63,329 nucleotides of DNA, filler included, from Chiloscyllium plagiosum (GCF_004010195.1; 3 parts of one record of this genome joined end to end with filler, not necessarily neighbours in it); one strand, 5' to 3'; shown: positions 35,937 through 50,230, counted from the first letter of the whole stretch. Translations and numbers: made by a program. The notes: generated from the sequence alone by a model not told the origin.

Positions 35937-38090
35937 AGAGTCATAGAGATGTGCAGCACAGAAACAGACCCTTCCGTCCAACTCATCCATGTCGATGTGA
36001 TATCCTAACCTAATCTAGTCCCATTTGCCAGCACCTGGCCCATATCCTCTAAACCCTCCCTATTCAGATACCCATCCAGATGCCTTTTAAATGCTGCAAT
36101 TGTTCCATTCTCCACCACTTCCTCTGGCAGCTCATTCAATACACGCACCACCGTCCGTGTGAAAAAGTCCCTTAGGTAACTTTTATATCCTTCTCCTCTC
36201 ACCCTAAAATTATGTTCTCTAGTTCTGGACTCCCCCACCCCAGGGAAAAGACTTTGTCTATTTATCCTAGCCATCCCCTCATGATTATATTAACCTCTAC
36301 AAGGTCACCCCTCAGCCTCCAACACTCCAGAGAATACAGCCCCAGCATATTCAGCCTCTCCCTATAGCTCAAACCTTCCAACCCTGGCAACATCCCTGTA
36401 AATCTTTTCTAAATCCTTTCAAGGTTCACAACATTTTTCTGATAAGAAGGAGACCAGAATTGCACGCAATATTCCAACAGTGGCTTAACCAATGTCCTGT
36501 ACAGCCGCAACATGATCTCTCAACTCTTATGCTCAATGTTCTGACCAATAAAGGTAAGCATATCATCCACCTTCTTCACTATCCTATCTACCTGTGACCC
36601 CACTTTCAAGGAACTATAAACCTGCACTCCAAGGTCTCTTTATTCAGCAACACTCCCATGGACCTTACCATTAAGTGTATAAGTCCTGCTAAGATTTGCT
36701 TTCCCAAAATACAGCACCTCACATTTATCTGAATTAAACCCCATCTGCCACTTCTCAGCCCATTGGGCCATCTGGTCCAGATCCTGTTGTAATCTGAGGT
36801 AATCCTCTTCGCTGTTCACTACACCTCCAATTTTGGTGTCATCTGCAAATTTACTAACCATACTTCCTATGTTCACATCCAAATCATTTGTATAAATGAC
36901 AAAAAAGCAGTGGAACCAGCACCAAGCAGTGGACCCAGCACCAATGGTCACTGGCCTCCAGTCTGAACAGCAACCTTCCACTACCACCCTCTGTCTTCTA
37001 CCTTTGAGACAGTTCTTTATCCAATTGGCTACTTCTCCCTGTATTCTGTGAGATCTAACTTAGCTAACCAGTCTCCCATGGGGAACCTTGTTGAACGCCT
37101 TACTGAAGTCCATATAGATCACATCTACCACTCTGCCCTCATCAATCCTCTTTGTTACTGTTTCAAAAAACTCAATCAAGTTCGTGTGACATGATTTCCC
37201 GCGCACAAAACCCTGCTGACTATCCCTAATCAGTCCTTACCTTTTCAAATACATGTAAATCCTATCCCTTAGGATTCCCTCCAACAACGTGCCCATCACT
37301 GATGTCAGGTTCACCGGTCTATAGTTCCCTGGCCTTTCCTTACCACCTTTCCTAAATAGTGGCACAAAATTAGCCAACCTCCAGTCTTCCAGAACCTCAC
37401 CTGTGACTATTGATGATACAAATGTCTCAGCAAGGGGTCCAGCAATCACTTCCCTAGCTTCCCAGAGAGTTCTACGGTACACCTGATCAGGTTCTGGGGA
37501 TTTATCCACCTTTATGCTTTTCAAGACATCCAGCACCTCCTCCTCTGTAATATGAACATTGTTCAAGATGTCACCATCTATTATCCACATTCTATATTTT
37601 CTACGTCATTTTCCACAGTAAATACTGATGCAAAATACTCATTTAGTATCGCTCCCATCTCCTGTGGTTCCACATGTAGGCTGCTTTGCTGATCTTTGAA
37701 GGGCCCTATTATCTCCCTAGTTACACTTTTGTCCTTAATGTATTTACAAAATCCCTTTGGATTCTTCTTAACCCTATTTGCTAAAGCTATCTCTTGTCCT
37801 CTTTTTGCCCTCTTAAGTATACTCCAACTGCCATTATACTCTATGAATTCATTCAATCTCTCCTGTTTATACCGAACATATGCTTCCTTCTTTTTAACCA
37901 AAACCTTAATTTCTCTAGTTATCCAGCATTCCCTATACCCCCTCCTTTCACACTAACAGGAATATACAGTCGCTGGGCTCTTGTTATCTCATTTCTGAAG
38001 ACTTCCCATCTTCCAGCCGTCCCGTTACCTGTGAACATTTGCAACCAATCAGCTTTTGAAAATTCTTGCTTAATACCATCAAAATTATCG
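35937..38090 (-). mobile_element. CR1 LINE 3' portion (RT and 3' UTR), decayed
   Basis: PGNYRPVNLTSV, KFADDTKIGG and WQMGFNSDKCEV; CR1 tail. Confidence 0.92.
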
Positions 38091-38345
38091 AGGAGAAAGT
38101 GAGGACTGCAGATGCTGGAAATCAGAGCTGAAGATGTGTTGCTGGAAAAGCGCAGCAGGTCAGGCAGCATCCAAGGAACAGGAGAATCGACATTTTGGGC
38201 ATAAGCCCTTCTTCAGGAATGAGGAAAGTGTGTCCAGCAGGCTAAGATAAAAGGTAGGGAGGAGGGACTTGGGGGATGGGCGTTGGAAATGCGATAGGTG
38301 GAAGGAGGTCAAGGTGAGGGTGATAGGCCAGAGTGGGGTGGGGGC
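38090..38345 (-). mobile_element. Penelope-like fragment (family A) with decayed hammerhead
   Basis: GAATCGACATTTTGGGCATAAGCCCTTCTTCAGGAA plus the family A flank. Confidence 0.8.
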
Positions 38346-38544
38346 GTACTGAGGCTGTTGCTGCGATGCCACCATTGTGGGGAATACTGGTGTAGAGTGC
38401 TGAAACTTCCATTGTGACGAGGAACGTTCCTGGTTTGACTGGTCCATGGGTGCTGAGTTTCTGTAAGAAATCTGTAGTGTTGCAACAAAAGCTGGGGTCC
38501 CCTGTACATTGGGTTTCAAGATGCCATCGACATAGCGAGAGAGG

Positions 38545-39020
38545 TTCTCACACAGCCCTGCATGAGCACACGTATAGTTGTGTGGGGAGAACTTGTACTT
38601 GCAAAATTACATTTTATTTTGCTCAAAAACTGCATATAGGATTCTGTCAATCCCACTTTATAAACAGCATTAGTCTGACCTAACATTGGGACAAAGACAG
38701 ACTTTAACCTTACACCTTCAATGCATTATCTGAGCTGAGATGGCACCTATTGTTAAAGCTAACTTGAGAGTGTAACTTTAAAGAAGTTCTGGGAATTACA
38801 TATGAAGGAACCAAAACTAACATAATCATTCTCAAAGATGAAAGACTTAAGCTAAATTTGTTTAATATTACTTTCCATGACACTGCAATCCTGTTGCTAT
38901 AAATTCTGTTTCTTATGGTTCTACCCCACAACCACCTGATGAAGGAGTAGATCATCGAAAGCTAGTGTTTTCAAATAAACCTGTTGGACTACAACCTGGT
39001 GTTGTGTGATTTTTTACTTT
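38545..39020 (+). mobile_element. Penelope-like fragment (family B), degenerate hammerhead at about 38933-38967
   Basis: CACCTGATGAAGGAG...GAAAGCTAGTG and a flank shared with 31440-31742. Confidence 0.7.
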
Positions 39021-39029
39021 ATTAAAAAC

Positions 39030-40900
39030 TCCACTCCATGTCCTCTCTTGCCCCCTTTTATATCCTTCCTATAGCATTTGTATACTGGACCATTAAGCTG
39101 ACAGTCCAGTCCATCCCTGAGCCACATTTCTGTAATTGCTATGATATCCCAGTCCTACATTCCTAGCCATGCCCTGAGTTCATCTGCCTTCCCTGTCAGG
39201 CCTCTTGCAATCAAGAAAATGCAGTTTTATTTATCAGTCCACCCTGTTCCATGCTTTGTCCCTGCCTGCCCTGAATGACTCACTCCTTTTCACAACCGTA
39301 GTAGTCTCAGATTGATCTCTTTCCTCACTATTTCCCTGGGTCCAAACGTCCCCCCCCCCCCCCCCCCTGCCCCCCCACCTGACTAGTTTAAATACTTCCC
39401 AAGCATCTCTAGCACATCTCCCTGTCAGTATATTAGTCCCCTTCCAATTCAAGTGCAATCCGTCCTTCTTATACAGGTCACTTCTACCAAGAAGAGATTC
39501 CAATGACCCAAAGTTGTGAATCCTTCTCCCAGCTCCTCAACCAAGCATTCATCTGCCCTATCCTGCTATTCCTACCGTCACTAGCTCATAGCACCGGGAG
39601 TAATCCAGATATTACTACCCTCGAGGACCTCCTTTTTCAATTCCTGCCTAACTTTCTATATCCTCCCTTCAGAATCTCTTCCTTTTCCCTTCCTATGTTG
39701 ATAGTTTGAATGTGTACAATGCCTTCTAGCTGGTCCCCCTCCCCTTTGAGAACATTCTACCCCCTCTCTGAGACATCCTTGATCCTAGCACAGGAAGGCA
39801 ACACACCATTCTGATTTTTTGCTGCTGGCCGCAGAAATGTCTAACTATGCCTCTGACTAGGGAGTCTCCTATCACAATCGATCGCTTGGAACCCAATGTA
39901 TCCCTCATTGTATTAGAGTCATTCTCAATACCAGAAACTTGACTGTTCATGCTCCATTCCCCTGAGAGTCCAACACCCCCTACATTTTCCAAAACAGCAT
40001 ACTTGTTTGAAATGGGAATAGCCACAGAAGACACCTACACTACCTACCTACCTCTCCTATATGTCCTGGAGTGAACCCATCTACCTGACCAAATCTGTGG
40101 CTTTTCTCCCCTTCTATAATTGCCATCCATCACACCCCTAGCTCTTGTAAATTCCTTATTGCCTCTAACTGCCACTCCAACTGATCCATGCAATTGATAG
40201 GATTCACAACCAAAGACACTTCCTGTAGACATAATCATAAGTAACATGGAAACTGTCCCTAAACTCCCATGTCTATCACTCTACTAAAGGCCACCTTTGC
40301 ACTCTCACAATCTACAAACCCAGAAATTAGCACAGTCTTTTATGTTCTAAAAAAAACAGTGCTCCAGACTAACCTAGTACTTATGGTTTATACTTGAAAA
40401 TTTTAATCAAGAGACAGATCTCAGTAAAACATATAAGATAGAGCCCACTCTGCTCACTGCTGTTGACTTAAAGCAAGGTTACACTTAAAAACTGTGAGCT
40501 CTCCCAGGTTCCTCCAAGGTTGGCTGTGAATTTCGCCATTTGTTATTTTTCCTAGAGGCACTCTGATGTCCAGAGATACATGAACTCAAGCAGCAAAGGC
40601 AGTAACTGTGCAGCTTCACTGCTGTGTTAGACAGCAGTGTAGGTTTCTTTCTCTCTCTCCCTCTCTGACTATGTGGTCCCAGCCTTTTGTCTATCTTCCT
40701 TCTTTTAAAAGTGCCGTTGTTTTGATCTTTCTTTCCCCAAAGTTGCAAAACAATGCAACAGCACATAAAACAGTTATTTCTGCTCTGGAATTTGAGGAAA
40801 TCACCCCCAACACCTAAAACATGTCAAAAAAAAGGAGCAGCTCTTGCAGCCACATTTTTTTCCTACCCTCCATCTTGGATTACCCAGAATCCACTGTCTT
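39030..40900 (-). mobile_element. CR1 LINE 5' portion (5' UTR, ORF1 esterase, APE start)
   Basis: ISNKYAVL, SIVIGDSLVRG (GDSL) and DGLHLNWKG. Probably the same element as 35937-38090. Confidence 0.85.
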
Positions 40901-40974
40901 TTCTGGAGGGCAATTCAATCAATTTGTTCTTGTTAAAGTTTGAAGTAAAATAATTAAACCTGATAGATTATGGT

Positions 40975-41492
40975 TACAGCGCCAGAGACCCGGGTTCAAT
41001 TCCCGCCTCAGGCGACTCTCTGTGTGGAGTTTGCACATTCTCCCCGTGTCTGCGTGGGTTTCCTCTGGTTTCCTCCCACAATCCAGAAATGTGTAGGTTA
41101 GGTGAATTGGCCATGCTAAATTGCCTGTAGTGTTCGGTGTAGGGGAATGGGTTTGGGTGGGTGGCAGGAGAAAGTGAGGTCTGCAGACGCTGGAGATCAA
41201 AGCTGAAACTTTATTGCTGGAACAGCACAGCAGGTCAGGCAGCATCTAGGGAACAGAAGATTCGACGTTTCGGGCACATGCCCTTCTTCAGGAAGAAGGG
41301 CATGTGCCCGAAAGGGCATGCCATTCCTGAAGAAGGGCATGTGCCCGAAACGTCGAATCTTCTGTTCCCTAGATGCTGCCTGACCTGCTGTGCTGTTCCA
41401 GCAATAAAGTTTCAGCTTGGGTGGGTTGCAGGTTGGTGTGGACTTGTTGGGCTGAAGGGCCTGTTTCCACACTGTAAGTAATCTAATCTAAT
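40975..41492 (+). mobile_element. HE1-like SINE interrupted by a perfect inverted Penelope-like pair (41166-41418)
   Basis: SINE body resumes after the insert, with GGGTGGGT on both sides. Confidence 0.88.
41323..41358 (+). ncRNA. Minimal hammerhead ribozyme motif (family A), with a mirror copy on the minus strand at about 41260-41294
   Basis: ATTC-CTGAAGA-A-GGGCATGTGCCC-GAAAC-GTC-GAAT: stem I ATTC/GAAT and intact core. Confidence 0.78.
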
Positions 41493-44400
41493 TATTTTTA
41501 TATTAAGTATCATCTATGACTGTTATAGAAATGTTAATTGTTTCAAGAAATATGTTTGTTTAAGATCACAAATGATCCAACGTGATCTTCAGCTCTAAGG
41601 GTTGTTAGCACCAAAGTTAACCCCTGACATATTAATACTCCGAATATCTTCAATTTTACTTTCAATTTGAGTAGTGGCTAGATTTTAACCCAATAAAAGA
41701 TTAAAAAGTTGGAAGCTAATACTTTTTATGAAAAAATGCCCACTACAAAACAATAGTTGAGTTCAAGCAGAGAGAGAAAATATAAGTGTTAAATACTTTG
41801 AATTTTAAAAGAATCAAGAGTAGAATATAATTGAAGTAAATAACAAGTGAAATGGTCCATGATAACAATACAGTAATAATGCTTTACTGCTGTAACATTT
41901 TTATTTATTTCAGAATCATGATGTGTGAGCTGAGAACTTGTAAAATCTGAACTACCCAGTAAGAGGAATTATTTCCCAAAGCTAACAGTTCAAGCTGAAG
42001 CTAACCAGTGGGTAGTAGATGCTTAGGTTATTCAAACAGTATTTTTAAAACATTTTAATCATTTGTATGATAATGCTTGCAAATGTTTCAAGTAAAGTAG
42101 AGAACTATCCTCCAGTTACAAACCTAATTTGAAATAAGATTTACAGTGTTGGCTAATAAATTAACATAGTATTCACAGCCCATGTCGAGCTCAGCTTTGG
42201 TCAAGATGCAGTTTCAAAACTGCCACGATGTGTGACCATGTGAATGTAACTATCAGTTTCTGTCCTGCAAGTTCAGTATAAGATGGCTTTTCACAAAGAT
42301 TTGGATTGCTATTTCATTCCATTTCTGTAAACTGTTAGATAGCTGGTGCTCTGCTGCAAAATATGAAATTATGACCACCTTCTTATCATTTCGATAGAAA
42401 TGGCATTGTCAGTTGAAATCCTTTATGGTTGCTGAAAGTTAAAAAGAAGCCCATCCAGAGGTGGACCGTGCTCAGTAAACTATTATGGACAAGATCTTTT
42501 AAAATTATAGTCTCAAAAATATATTGATATATTTGCACATTAGATTATTATTATCTATTTTTGAAGTTTTTTTGAGGGTCAGCTCAGTAATACCTGACAC
42601 TGAGATGGATATTTTAAGCTCAGTTCGTGATATCAGTTAATTAAACATGTGGCAGTTACACTTAATGTCTAGGTAAACAGTTGGAACACCCATTGGCAAC
42701 ATATTCCTCAATATAGTCGAGTCAAAGGAATTGCATCGTTTAGACTAAAATGTGTGATTAAATTAGTTATGATACTTCAATATTTTCATACCAAAATTCT
42801 GAACCATTGATTGCATAGAATCCACAACGTGTAGGATGAAAAGATTAATCTTTCTTTCTGCAAAAACACAGCCAGAACTTTAAAGCACCATATGGTGAAA
42901 AATGACTTCATTTCATTGAAAGGTACAAGAGCAAGGCACAGCGGAAGTGATTTACATTATATTTAATCAGCAATCTCTTTCCATTTTGGTAACACAGTTA
43001 TATGAGTACTAAATTTGTTGTTATTGATTGAATGTTTCCTGGTCCCTTTGGAAATTGCCACTATATGTACATGGTTACAAATTCTGATGTCTTATTTATA
43101 GTCCAAAGATAAATACACAAATAATTACAATTTTCATTTGTTTTCCTACACTTTGATCCAGAGGTAAATCCCATTACACAAATATATAGAGGCTTCTCCC
43201 TTTAACGATACATTAAATAATTTAGGGCTTAATACTATTTGAGAGAGTTTCAGTAGAAGTTTTTGTTATGAAACTCAGTGGAGAATTCCACATAGTTCAT
43301 AGGAAACTTTCCCAGTGATGGTATGCATCTGGAAGCATCCATTTATTTGTGACCATGTGAATTATGTCAGATTCCTAAAGGTGCAAAGTACTCAAAATCT
43401 CATCATTGAACTTATTCTCTCAAAGGAAAGCAGGGAGATCAGATGTATTCAACACTGATATACTTTTTGAAGAGTCAGAAATAATGCACCCATCAAATAT
43501 GGAGAAGCAGCATGAGCTGGAATCCTGCAGTCATATGAAATGAGGTAGAACATAACTTGCATCATTGTTCCATATACGGATCTCCTGATGATGCATTGTT
43601 ACCAGAGTAAAATGTAGTCAACATAATGTCTTTGATCCTGTTACACAATCCAACAGCAGTAATGTTAAAGGACTTGCAACAAGAGCTATAATCACCATCA
43701 GGGTCAAGAAATTCTGACCTTTTACCAGTCCTGTATGTGAGCATGCTAGTAATATTTTACATCAATATGGCATTCATCCCCTTCCCCCCCCCCCACCCCA
43801 AAATAATGAATGACCCCTCACCAGTATCTGAAAGAGCTGTAGTGGGACAGGCAAGTGGATTGAAGTTTCCCTGCAGAAATTTCCGACAAATAGATCAGAT
43901 ATTTCAAGAGACAAAAAGATGGAACATCGTAGGTGAAGTTGAGATGCAAATTCCAGATAATTGGATGTGCTAGTAAAAGAGTCTGTCACAATGGGATGGA
44001 AGGACACCAAGGGTTAGAGGTTGAGTTTGAAAGTTGGACTGGAGGAGGCTGCTGTCACAGGGTGAGGCTATAGATGATTTGTAAGCTATGGTAGGATCTT
44101 GAAATTAATGTTTTGAGGGTGAAACTCATCTTTTGTCCTTCCTCAGCAACCAGAAGTGACCAACACCGGTGACAATCAAACTAGGCTCAGCAGTTAAAAA
44201 GTTTGACTTTCTTTTCTGTCAAACATTTTCATCCATTCTTTTCTGGAGTTAAAACTGGCCTTAAAATACAGTCCCGTTTCAGTCCTTCTATTTTCATTTT
44301 GGTGCTGACGAGCTTCCTCTGTTGTGGACAAATTACAATTATGTAAGAGAGTATACTTGTGTTCTCTTTGCCACTGAACATATTACTGACGTTCAAGTTT

Positions 44401-45149
44401 TACTTTGCTAATCTTTATAGTTTACAAACTGATTTTAAAACAGCAAGAATCAACATAAAAGTTTACTTACCAAAAAAGTGTAGTTGTCCATATTTTTGAA
44501 CAGACTTTATCCATGTACTCACCCTCCTTCTCTCTGACCTTGGGCAAGATAAACGGTATCAGTTTCGGGTTGGAAGCAGCTATTCTGAAAGCAATCAGTT
44601 TGAAGGAGAGGATCAAGACAAGTTGATGAAAATTATTTATTTTTGTGTAGAATATACTTTCGAAAGAATTCAAAAGGAAACAAACACAGTACTGGTTAAA
44701 ATAACTATTTTTATTATTGATGCTATGGATTACTGATAAATGTTTGAATAATTTATCAAGAAATGCTGTCAGGATTATCCTCAGAACAGGATCTCTTTAA
44801 ATTGATGATGAAAATAGTTAGCTTGCAGAGCTTGGTATACAATCTACTTATTCATTCAGCTGTTCAGTCTAAAAAGGACAGATGGCACTTAACAGAAACA
44901 TATTTCTGCAAAAAAGCAATCAGATTTTAACAATGTTTCATGAACTGCATGTAAGACCTGGTAGTGGATTGACAATATTTATAGACAACCATGTATATTA
45001 TTTTGATATATCATTTTGAAAATAATTTAAGTTACGCAATTGAAAGTTGAAACTGCATATTTGGAGCTCGAAGTCATACTGTGGATTAGATATTGCCCTG
45101 CTCCCATATTCAAGTACTGAGATTTAAATAAAAAGCTCATGACCCACAA

Positions 45150-46460
45150 TAAAGGTACATCCCAGTGAGGAAGAAGACTTATAGAAAGGGGAAAAATTGA
45201 CTATGTTGACCAGAGAAGCTAAGGACAATATTAAAATGTGGGCCTAATGGACACCATGTTCCCTTAGACTGATGAGTTGTACCCTAAGATATTAAAGGAT
45301 GTAGCTGCAGAGATACTGGATACACAGTAGTAATCTTCCAAGAATCCTTAGATTTTGGAACAATCCCAGACCACTAAAGTAACACCTTTCCTTATTCAGG
45401 AAGGGAGAGAGACAGAGAATGGATAATATAGGCTGGTTGCTTAGCATTTCTCATTGGGAAAGTATTTGAGTCTATTACAAAGGATCCATTAGCAGGGCTT
45501 TTTGAAAAAAATAATCAAACAGAGTCTGCGTGGCTTCCTAATTATATAAGACAAGATTTTTTTAACAATTCTTTGAGAAGATAACAAGCAAAGTAGATAA
45601 AGAGGAACCTTTGTTTGTGATAGATTTGCATTTCCAAAAGGCATTTGATGAGGAACTGCCTATAAGGTTACTTGTGAATATAAGGGCTCATGCTGTTGGT
45701 GTATTAGCATGGAAAGAGAATTTTCTGACTAATAAATGACAGATCTGGGATAAATATGTCATTTTCAGGAGTAGCAATCTGGAACTAGTGGAGAACCACA
45801 GGGATGAGTGATAGGGACATAATTACTTTCAAGAGACATGAATGATTTGGATGGTAGAAGTGAATGCACTATCAGCAAGTTTGGTGTGATACAAAAATGG
45901 GTGGGAGGGATTGAAAGGCAAGTATTAAGATGACATAAAGTCTACAGATGGATGTAGACATGTTAAGTGAATAGGCAAAACCTTGGTAGTTGCAATATGA
46001 TGGGGGAAAATGTGAAGTTAGGCACTTGGCAGGAAGAATAGAAGAGCTGATTTTATTTAAGAGGAGAAAGAGTGCAGATAACTGCAGTACAGAGTAATTT
46101 GAGATTCCTATTTCAATGAGTCACAACAAGCAAGCATCCAACGTCAACAGGTCATAGAAAAGGAAAATGGAATGTTTGCCTTTTTTTTACAGGAATGGAG
46201 TATGAATATATTGAGGTCTTGCCAAAATGATATAAGGCACTAATTAGAGACAGCTGGAATACTATGAACAGCATTCAGGCATGGGAGACGATCCAGAAAA
46301 GATTGACCAGATTGATCCTGAGTATAGAGGGATTTTCTTGTTGGGGGGGGGAGGTGGAGTTAAGAAGGTTAGGCTTATTGAAACATAGCTTTAGATATAG
46401 GACTCTTAGGCATTTTGTCCAGGCAGATACAAAGCGGTTCCCATTCTGGGAGAATCTGGG
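45150..46460 (+). mobile_element. Ancient, highly decayed CR1 RT
   Basis: Recognisable blocks GATTTGCATTTCCAAAAGGCATTTGAT (DFQKAFD-like), GAAAATGTGAAGTT and TATAAGGCACTAATTAGA. Confidence 0.7.
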
Positions 46461-47243
46461 ACCTGACAGTGGCTTATGGTCCCTTGGATTAAGACAATTT
46501 TCATTTCATGACTGATGAAGAAGCACCATCACCTCATCTTATATTCAAAGCCACCAGCTCAGACATTGGAATTACCTGAACTTTCAAAGGTTAGGGACTA
46601 GCTTTTGGGAGTCACTAGACTCTGTAGGCTTCAGCCGGACCAGGGAAAAATGGATAGCACATGTGCTGTGGATGGACTTTGCTGCAGAGGATTTCGACGA
46701 GAATTGTGATGAGGCACCACAGAGGATGATGATAATAAGGATGTTTGATGGAATGGTAAATGGAATCTGGCTCCAAAATGGCAAAGGACATTTCACAGAC
46801 TGTGGAGACTATACTTCCCAGTTATGGAAGTATTGGGAAATCTGACGACAGTATTCGTAAATCTAGCTGTGATAAAACATTTGCAAGTTGATGTCTCAGC
46901 GTCGACTGCAGCCCAAGTGGAAACCACCTAAAGTCTCACTGCTGCAATGGACACTCAGGTAGAGGTTGTGAGATCCATATTTTGGGGTTGTGTGGACTCA
47001 GACTATGGTCATTGTGGCTTTGGGTCACAGAGTTCACGGGGCAGGCAAGTTTTCTATATTGGAAGCATAGATTGCTGGACTGCATTGACTGGTGAAGTGC
47101 CTTCCTGCAGAGCCCAGGTGGAAAGTCAAAGAACAATATAGCACAGGAACAGGCCCTTTGGTCCTCCATATGTGCCAACATATTTTGCCCTTCCATATTA
47201 AAACTGTCCTCACTTACAGGATCCATATCGTTCTATTCCCTTC

Positions 47244-47887
47244 TGTTATAAAGCGGAGGTCCACCTCCACCTCTGGTAACTAAAACAAAACACCCAGAGA
47301 GGCTCATGTGTGACAAGTGGTATAATCTGCCTCTCATATCCCCCCCATGTTATAAAGATGTGGTTAAATAAAATGAAATCCTTTCACTCACTCTATAATC
47401 AACAAGTAACAATTTACTTATGTAACTCCAACAGTGAACAAATTAACACAGCCACTAATAAACCAAATAATTCCTCTCTAACTACAACTATTTCCTAATA
47501 AAACAAAATCTTAATGATATGCTGTTCCAACAAAATACAATTCCCACTTGTAGAACAAAACAATAGAATTTAGTCTCTCAAAATTACAGCTATGATACGC
47601 CTTCCAATGCTCCGCACCCTCTCCACTGATCTTCAGTAACACCTTCCTCCGTCAAATTCCTGGGTCAGGAATTCTTTTGTTAGTTCTTCTGTGAATTCTG
47701 TTGTCTGGAATATTAGCAAAGAGTGCTGTGGTACCTTTATTATCGCAAGGTTTGTAGCTCAGGTTGAGGTTGAGGGTGTAGGTTTGCTCGCTGAGCTGTA
47801 GGTTTGATATCCAGATGTTTCATTACCTGGCTAGGTAACATCATCAGTGGCGACCTCCAAGTGAAGCGAAGCTGTTGTCTCCTGCTT

Positions 47888-47924
<37 letters not shown>

Positions 47925-48402
47925 TGTTACCTGGCCAGGCAATGAAACGTCTGGATATCAAACCTACAGCTCAGCGAGCAAACCTACACCCTGTACCTTA
48001 ATTTATTAGATGGTGTTTTTTCTGAGAGCTGAAAGTTGTTATTTCTTCAGTTGGCAGTTTGCTCTCACGGATTTTCGAATGCCCTCATTTTTTATACCCT
48101 TGATGACCTATTCATTTCTTTACAATCGGATTGGTTCTAGGTAATCAAAACCATTAGATTTAAATTTAATTGGTTTTTAATATCTAAGGGCTTGATTTAA
48201 ATTGATTGGCTAAATTTAAAAAGACTCACCTATTAAATATTTGATGCAACATGTTTCAATTTGGGCACTGTCTGTGCACTTGCACTTTAAACAGTTGTTC
48301 AGGCATCCACTTTAACTGTAAGCACCGAAAAAAACACCATCTTTTAAAGGGAGCATGCAATGCTTTCCCCCATTTTACAATTTCATAGACACCAACTTCA
48401 CA
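47244..48402 (-). mobile_element. Probable solo-LTR-like insertion in a CR1 3' UTR
   Basis: CR1 3' UTR (47125-47243) resumes at about 48403. The insert read on minus is TG...CA with several CCAAT boxes and TATAAAA near 48090. No clear TSD. Confidence 0.45.
47740..47992. mobile_element. Inverted Penelope-like terminus pair (family C) with a hammerhead core on the minus strand
   Basis: Arms 47773-47840 and 47925-47992. Minus strand reads CTGATGA-TGTTACCT AGCC AGGTAAT-GAAAC-ATC. (TA)n spacer; GTACCTT on both flanks. Confidence 0.75.
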
Positions 48403-50230
48403 ACTATTTATGAATTTGTCCAGGTGTTTCTTGATGCTGCAGTTGTGTCTGCTTCCACCATCTCCTCTGGCAGCGCATTCCAGGGACTCACCACCCTTTG
48501 CATGAGAAATGTGCCTCACACATCTCTTTTAAACTGCTCCCCTCGCACCTTGAACCTGTGTCCCCTCGTAATTGAACCCTCCACCCTGGGAAAAAGCCTC
48601 CTACTTTCCAATCTATCCATGTCATTCACAATCTTATCAACTTCTATCAGGTCACCACCCCCACCCCAACCTCCTGCGTTCCAGTGAAAACAAAACCAGT
48701 CTATCCAACCTTTCTTCAAAGCTAAAATTCCTCAGACCAAGTAACATCCTGGTAAACCTTTTCTGTACTGTCTCCAAAGCATCCACATCCTTCTGATAGT
48801 GTGGTGACCAAAACTGTATGTAATATTCTAAGTGTGGCCTAATTAAAGTTCAGTAAAGCTATAGCATAACTTGTCTATCTTTAGACTCAATGCCCCTTCC
48901 AAAGAAGGCAAGTATGCCATAGGCCTTTTCTACTACTTTATCTACCTGCGCGACCACCTTTCAGTGATCGGTGTACCTGCATTTCAAGATCCCTCTGCAT
49001 ATCAATACTCCACTGCCATTCACTGTATGATTTCCACCTGTACTTGACCTTCCAAAGTGCATCACCTCACATTTGTCCAGATTAAACTCCGTCTGCCATA
49101 TTTCTGCCCATGTCTCCAACTGATCTATATCCTGCTGTATCCTCTGACAATTTTCTTCACTATCCGCAACTCCACCAATCTTTGTATCATCCACAAACTT
49201 ACTAATTAGTTCAGCTACATCTTTCTCCAAATCATTTGTGTAGATCATGAAACAGTGGTCCCAGCACTGATCCCTGTGGAACACCACTGGTCACAGCCCT
49301 CCATTCAGAAAAGCATCCTTCCACCGCTAGCTTCTGCCTGCTATGACTAAGCCAGTTCTGTATCCATCTTGCCAGCTCACCCTGATACCATGTGACTTCA
49401 CCTTTTGTACCAGTCTGCCATGAGTGATCTTGTCAAAGGCTTCACTGAAGTCAATGTAGACAACATCATCTGCTTTTCCCTCATCAATCACGTTTGTCAC
49501 CTTAAAAAACTCAGTCACGTTAGTGAGGCACAACCTCCCCCATAAAAAAAAACATGCTGTTTATTGCTAATAATTCCATTTGCTTCTAAATGCTGATAGA
49601 TTTTGTCCCTGAGAATCTTCAATAATCTTCAAACCAACATGAGGCTCACAGGCCTGTAATTTCCTAGATTATCTCTGCTACCTTTCTTAAACAATGGGAC
49701 AAGATTAGCTGTTTTTCAGTCCTTTGGGACCTCATCTGTGGCCAAAGACACAAAGATGTCTGTTAACACTCCAGCAATTATTTTCTTGGCTCCCTCAATA
49801 TTCTGGGATAGATCTCATCAGGACGTGGGGACTTAGTTATCTTCATACTTTTTAAGACACAAGACACTTCTTCCTGTTTAATAGCAACTTGACTTAGAGG
49901 TCATCCTCCATCAATTCCTCCTCTGTGGTGAATACTGAGACAAAGCATTTGTTTAGGCTCTCACTTACCTCTACTGGCTTCACTCATAGATTCCCTCCTT
50001 TGTCATTGAGTGGGCCAACCCTCTCCCTGGCTACCCTCTTGCTTTTTATATGTATAAAAAGCCTTGGTATTCTCCTTAATCCTGTTTGCTAATGACTTTT
50101 TATGACCTCTGTTAGCCCTTCTAATTTCTTGTTTAAGTTCTTTCCGACTTTCCTTATACACTTAAAGGGCTTCATCAATTCTCATCGTCCTAGACCTTAT
50201 GTATACATCCTTTTCCTTTTTGACCAAGGT
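48403..50230 (-). mobile_element. CR1 LINE, decayed
   Basis: KFVDDTKIGG, FNLDKCEVMHFG and YIDFSEAFDK. Confidence 0.88.

Noticed and set aside
44523..44584. 62-nt minus-strand exon candidate (TTTCAG acceptor, GTGAGT donor)
   Set aside because: No recognisable peptide in any frame and no partner exons. Such sites arise by chance in 63 kb.
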